Source: an uncultured Pseudomonadota bacterium
GTDB taxonomy: Bacteria; Babelota; Babeliae; Babelales; JAUPTZ01
Length of the DNA stretch: 46,272 nucleotides
Assembly (NCBI GenBank): GCA_964429275.1
Contig: CAYSBJ010000002.1
Span: 346,459 to 392,730 of the forward strand
Direction: 5' to 3'
Both the position numbers and the translations under genes were made by a program. Below, one piece after another: positions 18,033-26,372 of this stretch (its first letter is position 1; each line of letters starts with the position of its first letter). Under the pieces are notes generated by a model. The model was given only the letters and a program-made list of their open reading frames with translations. It had not been told where the DNA came from and ran no database searches.

Positions 18033-19655
18033 TTAGAAGTTAATAGTTTTACCACCACGAAGATCGGTAACCCACATAATAATCGAACGCAAAAAGAAAA
18101 TGCCTGCGATTAATGTGGCTATTATACCAGCCATTAACGTAACTGCAAAGCCTTTTACTGCAGGACCACCAAATTTAAATAAAATTAATCCACCAAGGAA
18201 GGTTGTAATGTTAGAATCCAGGATCACAGTCGTTGCACCATTAAACCCACCTTCAACTGCTTGACGAAATGAAACTCCCTGCTTCAAGTCTTCACGAATA
18301 CCTTCATAGATAAGAATAGAAGAGTCAATCGCCATACCAATCGTCAACACCATTCCCGCAATACCAGGCAATGTGAGCGTTGATTCAAAGTAGGAAAGGA
18401 ACAACATAATCAAAAACATATTGTAAGCAAGTGCCAAAGTAGCCAAAAGGCCCAACAAGCGATAGTAAAATACGCTGAATAACAGCACTAACAATAAACC
18501 AACAAGGCAAGCCAGAAGTCCGCGGTCAATTGAATCTTGTCCTAACGAAGCACCAACACGGTTTTCCTGCTCAAAATTGAGCGGGGCCATAAGCGAACCG
18601 GAGCGGAGTACCAATGCCAGGTCACGAGCTTCTTCAGCGCTGTACTGGCCGGTAATGTAGCCGCTTGAGCCGATAGCACCTTCGATACTCGGCGCGCTGT
18701 ACATAACATCGTCAATCACGATACCAAGTTGACGACCGATGTTATCACCAGTCAAACGCTTAAATTGAGATGCACCGCTGCTATCAAGAGAAAAATCTAC
18801 TTTCATGCGACCCATTTCATTGTAGCCAACACGAGCATCAACAATATGATCACCAGTTACATCAGGATAGGCTGAGACCAAGTACCATCCACCTTCATCG
18901 CCTTTGCGGCCAGGAATAACCATTTTATCGCTCGGCAAATCACCATCAAATTCATCAAGAAGCGCATCCTTACTGCCTGCCGTCTTTTGCACAATCTTAA
19001 ACTCAAGCATCGCCGTTTGCGTAATCAACGCTTTCACGCGAGCCGGGTCATTTACGCCAGGAAGCTGTACTACAATCTGGTGATCGCCGTGACGCTGTAC
19101 AATAAGACCGGCTACGCCAAAACCGTTCAAACGGTTGCTCAACACGCTTACGGCTTGATCAACCACAGAGTTACGCATTGTTTGTTCTTCGGCGGTATTC
19201 AAACCAATAATTACCGCTGTATCCGCTTGTGTTACGGTGTTGCCAGGGTTGTGTTTTTTTACAAGATAGAAGCATTCATTCGCTGCAGTGTCATTCTCAA
19301 ATACATAGTGAAGCTTGCCACCTTCAAGACGAGACTTGATCGGATCATGCTTTAACTCTTTTTTAAACAACGCATCAAGATCACGCTGCTCTCTGCCAAG
19401 TTTGTTTTCGATCGCTTTTTCTACGCCAACGCTTAATACAAAATAGGTGCCGCCTTGAAGATCAATACCAAGCTTGATTCGAGGCATATAGAGAGATTTG
19501 AAAAATGTTTTGAAATCACCACGCATCAGAGAGGCATAGCGCGCCTGGCCGGTTTCGGTAGTACGAATTGAGACGAGGAAATAGGTGCCAACAACAGCAG
19601 CTAAAACCCAGGCCATGAATTTAGATACAATCAAACGACTCAAACTGGTATTCAT
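18033..19655 (-). CDS. secD: Protein translocase subunit SecD
   Basis: LGIDLQGG, IVVQLPG, LALVLRSGSL, LTLPGIAGMVLTIGMAIDS, VKGFAVTL; AAGGAG RBS before ATG 19655. Confidence 0.95.
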   Translation of the reverse strand: MNTSLSRLIVSKFMAWVLAAVVGTYFLVSIRTTETGQARYASLMRGDFKTFFKSLYMPRIKLGIDLQGGTYFVLSVGVEKAIENKLGREQRDLDALFKKELKHDPIKSRLEGGKLHYVFENDTAANECFYLVKKHNPGNTVTQADTAVIIGLNTAEEQTMRNSVVDQAVSVLSNRLNGFGVAGLIVQRHGDHQIVVQLPGVNDPARVKALITQTAMLEFKIVQKTAGSKDALLDEFDGDLPSDKMVIPGRKGDEGGWYLVSAYPDVTGDHIVDARVGYNEMGRMKVDFSLDSSGASQFKRLTGDNIGRQLGIVIDDVMYSAPSIEGAIGSSGYITGQYSAEEARDLALVLRSGSLMAPLNFEQENRVGASLGQDSIDRGLLACLVGLLLVLLFSVFYYRLLGLLATLALAYNMFLIMLFLSYFESTLTLPGIAGMVLTIGMAIDSSILIYEGIREDLKQGVSFRQAVEGGFNGATTVILDSNITTFLGGLILFKFGGPAVKGFAVTLMAGIIATLIAGIFFLRSIIMWVTDLRGGKTINF

Positions 19656-19794
19656 ACTATCTCCTTGTGTGATTATTTGTACAAACTCGTGCAACGAAAC
19701 TTTACTCCGTTCTACAGCAGCGCATTTGTACACAAAAAATACTGAATTGCCCAGAGTCTACAAAATTATTTTTCATATGCAAACGAGGATGAGA

Positions 19795-19989
19795 GAAAAA
19801 GAGAATATCGCAACTGGATTATTGGTCCGCTGTCGCCCCTAACGGGGTCTATGGCGTGACACTTGCTTTGCACTTGCCCTGCGGGCTGCGTTACACACTG
19901 GCGGTTATACTACGGCTTTTTTGAAAGCTCTACTACACCGTAGTAACATCTCGTGCGTTTTATGCGCACGCAGCGTCTCCGAAGACGAG
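19795..19989 (-). other. Hairpin-dense non-coding element downstream of tRNA-Leu (possible ncRNA or REP-like cluster)
   Basis: Stems CGTCT/AGACG, CGTGCG/CGCACG, TACTACGG/CCGTAGTA, GCCC/GGGC, CCCC/GGGG, CCGC/GCGG. Confidence 0.35.
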
Positions 19990-20074
19990 TGGTGCCGAGA
20001 GTCGGACTCGAACCGACATGAGTAACCTCGCTGCCCCCTTAAAGCAGTGCGTCTACCAATTTCGCCATCTCGGC
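19990..20074 (-). tRNA. tRNA-Leu with anticodon AAG
   Basis: GCCGAGATGGCGAAATTGGTAGACGCA-CTGCT-TTAAGGG-GGCAG-CGAGGTTACTCATGTCGGTTCGAGTCCGACTCTCGGCACCA; 85 nt, long variable arm, A73, CCA. Confidence 0.92.
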
Positions 20075-20100
20075 ATGTATGTCAAATAAAACGAGGCCAG

Positions 20101-20129
20101 AATGTAGCAGACAACAGAAGGGATTGCAA
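20101..20129 (-). promoter_or_regulatory. sigma70 promoter for tRNA-Leu
   Basis: TTGCAA-17 nt-TACATT with TGn extension. Confidence 0.6.
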
Positions 20130-20157
20130 ATTTTCTGTACAAAAAAACGCCTTAATC

Positions 20158-21978
20158 TTATTTTTTATGTTCAGTATTTTTTAATAGTGCTCCATCGAGC
20201 GGCACCTCCGGCTCCTTTTTCTCTATGCCACGCCCCGCAGATGCACCAGAACGCCTCTGTCTCACTTCTTTCCCTTGCCACCAGGCAGTAGTTTTAGAAA
20301 TAACACGCCGCACAGCCGCATACGATTTCCATGCAAACCGCTTAAAGAGCTCAAACCAGCTTAATTCTCGCTCATTTCGTTCATAAGCCCGAGTAATTTC
20401 TTCTTTTAGTCTTTCCTTGGTATCGAGCTGCATAACGCGCTCAGCTTCCAACCGATCCAAGAGAGCCTCCTTCATATCGATGATCTCTCGTTGAGCTATC
20501 AACTCTTGAACCTTTTCGTACGATTGGTTCCGCTCATGTTTAATACGTTCCAACACGGGATCATCTTCGACAAGGCTTGCCGGAATATCTGGTAACCTCA
20601 AAGGATCATCAGCGCCAATAACATGCCTAAACCAATCACGGGCTCCGACCCAAAAGCAATACAAAATATGCGTAACCGGAGCACAAACATCAGAAATCAT
20701 CGCGTAAACAGCAGAAATAATATCATAAGGCACCTCAAAAACTGTCCCTTGCACCATATTTTGCATAGAGTTTGAGGTTACGCCTTGTTTTTTACTTTTT
20801 TTTTTACTCTCGTCGTCAGAGTCATTATCAAGTACGTCCTCATCATCTTGAGCAGGAGTCACAGCATTCTTATCTGCAACTGAAGTATCAACGCCGGTTT
20901 CCTTCTCCGCTTTTGGTTCAGCGATAGGCGGAAGTTTCTTAATAATAGCAGACAAATCACTTTGTTTTTTGCTCAAATTATCAAGTATGCCCTTAACCAC
21001 CACTATTTGCTTCTTGGCGGCATCTAACGCATCGTCGACAGCCTTTGCCTGACCAGATGTGCCAACAATTGATCCTTGTGCGGCTACAAGCTTTTGGGAC
21101 TCAGCCTGGATGTCTTTGTATATACTTGCTGCTACTGTCGGCTCAAGCACTGTATTCAACTCATTCCGTTTTGAGCTTATTTTTACTACCAAATCCCCAA
21201 GCTCAAGAACATAATCAGATAAAGCCTGACTAGCGTCAAGCAGAGCTTTCTCTTTCTCCTGAAGGGCTTTCTTTTCAGTTTCAAGCTTATCAATAAGTGT
21301 GGACAGCTCAACAATCAATGCGCTCGCAGAAATATCAGCTACCGCCTTTGAGTGGATACCTCCAGCTATATGATCTTTTGCTTCGCGCAACTGTTCAGAT
21401 GCATCGCCTTGAATCAATCCGGCGGCGCCATACACAGAGTTCAATTCGCCGTTAAAGGTCAAATACGTAACCTGGCGATCAGACTTCATTTTTTCTAATG
21501 CGGTCAAAGCCTCTTGCGCTTTTGATTCATCATCCGCAGACTTTTCATATAGATCTTTCTGCTCGGCAGCTCCTTGAACAGTGGACGGTGCAAACAGCGG
21601 CGCAGCATCAATGGATTGCACCTTTATATCTTCTGGCTCTGCGTTTTTAGCTTCGGGAGCTGGCACTGCCGAAGGAGGAGTTGCAGGAGCTGGAGTAGCT
21701 GTTGATCCGGAAGACACGGCCGTAGTTGCCGTACCATGAACTACTGAAGCTGGCGGGCCTACGGTAACTGAAGGAGTAGGAGCTGGTACCGACGCCGGAG
21801 AAACACTTGCAGTTGCTGCGGTGCTTGTCGATGCTATCGGCATCAAGGAAGACGTAGAAGAAGTTGCCGTTGCTGGCACCTCAGTATTAGGCGGCACCGG
21901 AGATGCCGTAGCCCCTCTCATCTCTACCGATACAACACTGGCTAATCCAGCAACCAAAACCATCAACATGACGTTCAT
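20158..21978 (-). CDS. Hypothetical secreted coiled-coil protein with Pro/Ser/Thr/Ala-rich linker
   Basis: Signal peptide, low-complexity N-region, long heptad helices, acidic patch, amphipathic Trp-rich helices. Confidence 0.8.
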   Translation of the reverse strand: MNVMLMVLVAGLASVVSVEMRGATASPVPPNTEVPATATSSTSSLMPIASTSTAATASVSPASVPAPTPSVTVGPPASVVHGTATTAVSSGSTATPAPATPPSAVPAPEAKNAEPEDIKVQSIDAAPLFAPSTVQGAAEQKDLYEKSADDESKAQEALTALEKMKSDRQVTYLTFNGELNSVYGAAGLIQGDASEQLREAKDHIAGGIHSKAVADISASALIVELSTLIDKLETEKKALQEKEKALLDASQALSDYVLELGDLVVKISSKRNELNTVLEPTVAASIYKDIQAESQKLVAAQGSIVGTSGQAKAVDDALDAAKKQIVVVKGILDNLSKKQSDLSAIIKKLPPIAEPKAEKETGVDTSVADKNAVTPAQDDEDVLDNDSDDESKKKSKKQGVTSNSMQNMVQGTVFEVPYDIISAVYAMISDVCAPVTHILYCFWVGARDWFRHVIGADDPLRLPDIPASLVEDDPVLERIKHERNQSYEKVQELIAQREIIDMKEALLDRLEAERVMQLDTKERLKEEITRAYERNERELSWFELFKRFAWKSYAAVRRVISKTTAWWQGKEVRQRRSGASAGRGIEKKEPEVPLDGALLKNTEHKK

Positions 21979-22005
21979 ACGTTCTCCAAGCTTTACTGCG
22001 TTATT

Positions 22006-23181
22006 TTATTTAGCTTCTTCGGGCGCAGGCCCTTTTACTACAACTGGTTTTGATTCATGCCCTACCAAAAGATTTTGAATGGGGGATAAAACCCAATTTC
22101 TTATTACTTGACCCGCATGCGACAAAGCATGCATTAACGGATACGTAAACTGGCCAAATGATGAGGCGCTCTCAGTAGATTTTGCTTCAGCAGCAGCTTT
22201 TTCAAGTTTTTCAACACGAGCAGCAAGCAATGACAATTCACTTTTCATTTTATCGACTACTATTTTTAAAGCCTCCAGATCTTTCGTTAGTTTATTGGTA
22301 GCTGCCACAGATTCGGAGCTTGTTGCATCAGATACCACCGGCGTAGATTTTTTTATAACCACTGGCTTTTCAACCTCATCGTTTCCATCTACTTCACTGT
22401 CAGTTGCCTTATTATCCACCACCTTGCCAAGATCTTTCGTAGACTCATTAATCTTATCAAGCTCTTTAGACACTTCCGCCAATGGATCCAATTTTTCTAC
22501 TTTTGGCATAGGTGCCAGTACTTCTGGCTCTGGCTTAATAGTATTTTCACTCAAGCTTGCATCAAGCGCCGCTAACTTCACTTTATTTTCTGTAGAAATA
22601 GCGGGAGGCCCTGCTACAACAGCAGGTTTGACCTCTGGCTTTACGACAGCTGACGCGGGTAAATCATTTGTAACAATTGGCTTGGCAGCAACAGGCGGCA
22701 GCGATTTTGTGGCAAGAGTTGAAGTCGATACCGGCAACACTGGAGCTGCAACAGAAGCTGGCTTCACTATGTCAGGAGTTGGCGTTGCTACTACAGGATC
22801 TACCGCTACCGAAGAATCATTTTGTGCAAAAAGGTCCTCGCCCACACCAACTGCTGCTGACGTTGATGGAGTCACTGGTAAAGAAACTGCTGCCGGCTTT
22901 GAAATGGCAACTGGAGCTGACGCAGGAGAAATCGGTGTAGAAACTACTGGCGGAACTACAACTGGTGCCGCTTTTGAAGCAATGGGAGTATTCGCCACAG
23001 CCGCTACTGGAGCCGACTGCGGAGCAATATCTTTATTATTTTGTAAAAAAAGATCTGCACCCATACCAGAAATGGCCGAGGATTGCGCAGAAGCTTGAGT
23101 ATCTTGCCCAGATAATTGCGAAGATATAACGGCACAAACAATAAAAAGTGCAAACCGCACCCCAAGATTTATTAACATCAT
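22006..23181 (-). CDS. Hypothetical secreted Pro/Ala/Val-rich protein with C-terminal coiled coil
   Basis: Signal peptide; repeated GADLFLQN/GEDLFAQN; LTKDLEALKIVVDKMKSELSLLAARVEKLE. Confidence 0.75.
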   Translation of the reverse strand: MMLINLGVRFALFIVCAVISSQLSGQDTQASAQSSAISGMGADLFLQNNKDIAPQSAPVAAVANTPIASKAAPVVVPPVVSTPISPASAPVAISKPAAVSLPVTPSTSAAVGVGEDLFAQNDSSVAVDPVVATPTPDIVKPASVAAPVLPVSTSTLATKSLPPVAAKPIVTNDLPASAVVKPEVKPAVVAGPPAISTENKVKLAALDASLSENTIKPEPEVLAPMPKVEKLDPLAEVSKELDKINESTKDLGKVVDNKATDSEVDGNDEVEKPVVIKKSTPVVSDATSSESVAATNKLTKDLEALKIVVDKMKSELSLLAARVEKLEKAAAEAKSTESASSFGQFTYPLMHALSHAGQVIRNWVLSPIQNLLVGHESKPVVVKGPAPEEAK

Positions 23182-23259
23182 AATGGTCTCCAGATATCGT
23201 AATTCAACCTAATAGCCGAGACCTTAACGCTACCGCACCTATAAATGCAATCTTTTTAT

Positions 23260-24474
23260 CTATTTTGCTGCCACTGATGGCGTTGCTGGAGCGGCTATCG
23301 ATGGCGGCGCACTTGGCACTAGCGCAGTGCTTACTGGGGACGTTACTGGGGCCGGCGCGTCATTTGGTGCTGAAGCTTCTTTTTTTGCGCTATCTCCGGT
23401 CTCATCTTGAAGGTGATCTTCTTCCAGCTGAGGCTGCGGGCGACGACGACGCGCCCTGACTGCTGGCGCTGGTTTCTGCCAAAAACCCATAACCCAGTCG
23501 ATAGGAGCCCACAACCATTGACTCAGGCTGCTCATAACCAGGCGAGGAAACTCCATCACCAATTCAGTCCAGGACTTTTCTTTTTTAATTGGCTTACGGC
23601 GGCGCTTTACCGGCGCCTCCTCTGCTGCTTCCGCTGTTTCCTGCGTAACGGTCTCCAGAACATCTGGCTTTTCTTTTTTACTTAAACGCAACGTACGGTG
23701 CGAAACAACAAGCCCGCGCTGCTCAAGCGCTTCTACTTGCTTATTAACTTGCTCAATTTGTTTTTCGATAGTAGCAATAACATTCTTAAAATCAGCGAAA
23801 AGCGTTTCATCCAAATACTTTTTGATAGAGGCTACTTTATCACCAAAACCTTGAATAACGTAATAAGCATCGCATGCCTTTTGGTCATCAACCATCCACC
23901 ACATCTCATTTAGCTTTTTAGTGCTTTGTACGGCCACATCACTCGCATCTTTGATCTGCTTGTCAACCGCCTTGAGCCGATCAGTAATCGAAGTATCAAG
24001 CTCGGCAATAGACTTCATATCAAGATTGAATTGTTCAAAATCACGATCAAGCCGTTTAACATCCTGCTCAATTGCCTCTATTTGAACGTCATAGAAATTA
24101 ATTGGTGCATCATCGCTTTCGCTGCGCTTGCGCGCTTGCGCAATACGACGATCTTTCTCTGCCTGCGCATCTGCCTTAAGATCGGCAATCAGTGTGCCTA
24201 GCTTGCCCCGGCCAAATCCTTTAGCACCGTAAAAGTCATTTACTTTTTTATCAATTTTTTCAAATTCGCTAAAGAACTGCGTGCGTGACTTCTTAACTGC
24301 CTGTGCATCTTTTTGTATTTGCTCATTAGCAAGTTGTGCTTCTTTAATCCACGCTCGCTTTTTTACCCAATTACCCCGTTCTCCCGGCGCAAGCTGAACC
24401 GGTTGCGCAGTCGAAGCGCAACCGATATCAGAAAAGGTACCAAACGCGAGAAGAAAAAATAATATATTCATCAT
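23260..24474 (-). CDS. Hypothetical secreted coiled-coil protein
   Basis: Signal peptide (possible lipoprotein Cys), GNWVKKRAW, long coiled coil, basic patches flanking a Trp-rich helix. Confidence 0.8.
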   Translation of the reverse strand: MMNILFFLLAFGTFSDIGCASTAQPVQLAPGERGNWVKKRAWIKEAQLANEQIQKDAQAVKKSRTQFFSEFEKIDKKVNDFYGAKGFGRGKLGTLIADLKADAQAEKDRRIAQARKRSESDDAPINFYDVQIEAIEQDVKRLDRDFEQFNLDMKSIAELDTSITDRLKAVDKQIKDASDVAVQSTKKLNEMWWMVDDQKACDAYYVIQGFGDKVASIKKYLDETLFADFKNVIATIEKQIEQVNKQVEALEQRGLVVSHRTLRLSKKEKPDVLETVTQETAEAAEEAPVKRRRKPIKKEKSWTELVMEFPRLVMSSLSQWLWAPIDWVMGFWQKPAPAVRARRRRPQPQLEEDHLQDETGDSAKKEASAPNDAPAPVTSPVSTALVPSAPPSIAAPATPSVAAK

Positions 24475-24505
24475 CGCTGTGTGTATTCCTCAATGAATAA
24501 TAACC

Positions 24506-24967
24506 TTACAGAGTGCGACCAAGTTCCCGCAACTCTTGAAAGATACTGTCAATAACATCTTGTGCATCGACCGAAGTAAACGACCACTGCACACCTTTGT
24601 CAACCCGCGTCAATACTGATTGATCACATTTAATATCAATAATATCAATACGGACCACATTCATCATCGGATGAACAAATGATGGCGCACGCACAACCCC
24701 GGCACGACCGAGTACACTGTACGCTATATTGTTATCGCCAAGGAAGGAAATCATTACTTTTTTTTGCCATACCATATTGTGATACCCGGTATGATCTTTG
24801 TGAATCGCCATCAACAAGCTTTCTCTTCCTTTTGGATACACACACTGTAGGGGTGTGGTATGGGGAACCCCTTTTTCAGAAAAAGTGGCCAGAATACCTA
24901 TCGCTTTTTCGCTCTTCAACAATGCATATAAATCGTCTGGAATTTTTACTCCAACATGTTTTGCCAT
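24506..24967 (-). CDS. Pyridoxamine-5'-phosphate oxidase-like FMN-binding split-barrel protein
   Basis: ILATFSEKGVPHTTP..GYHNM..YSVLGRA; GAGGA RBS. Confidence 0.7.
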   Translation of the reverse strand: MAKHVGVKIPDDLYALLKSEKAIGILATFSEKGVPHTTPLQCVYPKGRESLLMAIHKDHTGYHNMVWQKKVMISFLGDNNIAYSVLGRAGVVRAPSFVHPMMNVVRIDIIDIKCDQSVLTRVDKGVQWSFTSVDAQDVIDSIFQELRELGRTL

Positions 24968-24980
24968 TCAGCTATCCTCA

Positions 24981-26279
24981 CTATGCTTTTTGTGTTTCGT
25001 TCGTGTTTTGTCTTATTGGCCGTACGCAATTCTGGTGATCCCCTTCTAAGCCACCACACAATTGTACGACTACTTCGTTCTCAAAAATTTGTCCCTTTGG
25101 TGTCAAACGCAAGTGCGTTTGAGAGGCCTCAAGGTACCCATCGCCTACTAACCGCTGCCAGATCTCACGCAACACCTGAGACTGAAACAGGGGACATAAG
25201 TATACCATACGATGCAAGCCCACCCCTTCTCGCTGACGCAAACCAAGCATTAATTCTTCCAATACCTGCTGCTCGTGGGTCAATCGCTCACATGAGCCAT
25301 ACCACGAGAGAGGGTCGGCGGTCGGCGATGCAAAATGTTTCAGATACCCCGTTAATTTTTTTTTATTCACACAGCGGTACAACCCATCATAGGAGGCTGC
25401 GCCAATCCCAAATCCGTAGTACGGTATTTGGTTCCAATACCCACGGTTATGCTTGCTCTCAAACCCCGGCAAGGCAAAATTAGAAATTTCATACTGCGCC
25501 AGACCAGCCTGCGCATACCGGGCCACCGTCCAAGCATACTGGGAAAGCACCGCCTCATCTTGCGGGATAGTTATAGTCCCTGCCTTAACCCCATGATACA
25601 GAGGGGTATTTTCATGAATAGTTAAAAAATAAAGCGAGGCATGCTTAAGCGGCCAGGAAAGAGTCGTTTCCACTGTTTCCTGCCAACAAACATCATCTAC
25701 CCCCGGCAAGCCAATAATACAATCAGCTGAAAGATTTTGAATGTAGTACGGTGCTCGCTCAAAAAATGCCACGACTTCCGCTTTTTTTTGCGGACGGTTC
25801 AATTTTGCCAAAATAGCGTCATCAAGCACTTGTACCCCAACGCTCAGCCGATTAATGCCCACATCACGCCAAGTCTCAAAGTGTTCATCACTCTGCCCTC
25901 CAGGGTTAACCTCCAAGGAAATCTCTTCGACCCCAGAAAGGTCAAAAAGGCTTCGCAACAAGGAAAAAAGCTCTTTAAGCAATGGCAACGGATACAGGCT
26001 GGGTGTTCCCCCGCCTAAAAAGATTGTCTTAATGGACGCCCCCAACACATGCGGCCGAGCGGCTACAAAGGAACGAATCTCATTACAGAGGGCTTCGTGA
26101 TATTGCCGAGCAAAACCGTGGTGGTCCTGCATTGCGACAAAGTCACAGTAATGACATTTGGCTGCGCAGAACGGCCAATGAATATAGAGCATGAGAGGAG
26201 TAACGTGGGCGAAAGGATGAGGCATGCGTGCGTGAAACCGAGTTAAAATGGACTTAAAAGAAGCTGCAGTATAGTTCAT
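24981..26279 (-). CDS. hemW: Radical SAM heme chaperone (HemN-like)
   Basis: YIHWPFCAAKCHYCDF, GGGTPS, YEISNFA..HNRGYW (HNxxYW). Confidence 0.88.
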   Translation of the reverse strand: MNYTAASFKSILTRFHARMPHPFAHVTPLMLYIHWPFCAAKCHYCDFVAMQDHHGFARQYHEALCNEIRSFVAARPHVLGASIKTIFLGGGTPSLYPLPLLKELFSLLRSLFDLSGVEEISLEVNPGGQSDEHFETWRDVGINRLSVGVQVLDDAILAKLNRPQKKAEVVAFFERAPYYIQNLSADCIIGLPGVDDVCWQETVETTLSWPLKHASLYFLTIHENTPLYHGVKAGTITIPQDEAVLSQYAWTVARYAQAGLAQYEISNFALPGFESKHNRGYWNQIPYYGFGIGAASYDGLYRCVNKKKLTGYLKHFASPTADPLSWYGSCERLTHEQQVLEELMLGLRQREGVGLHRMVYLCPLFQSQVLREIWQRLVGDGYLEASQTHLRLTPKGQIFENEVVVQLCGGLEGDHQNCVRPIRQNTNETQKA

Positions 26280-26372
26280 TATCGTTTACTTGGCGAACAG
26301 AGGTCTCCGGTGTATTATGGGCCCTCTTCCATCAATTTCAAAGCCATCACCCTTTTAAGCAATTTGGTTCAT

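Noticed and set aside
19822..19905. tRNA-like call for the CCGC...GCGG-ACCA domain
   Set aside because: Only 4 acceptor pairs, no TTCG T-loop and no D-arm
20031..20047. Reading the Leu tRNA anticodon as TAA
   Set aside because: Shifting the loop by one nucleotide destroys the anticodon stem; only CTGCT/GGCAG with the AAG-centred loop pairs
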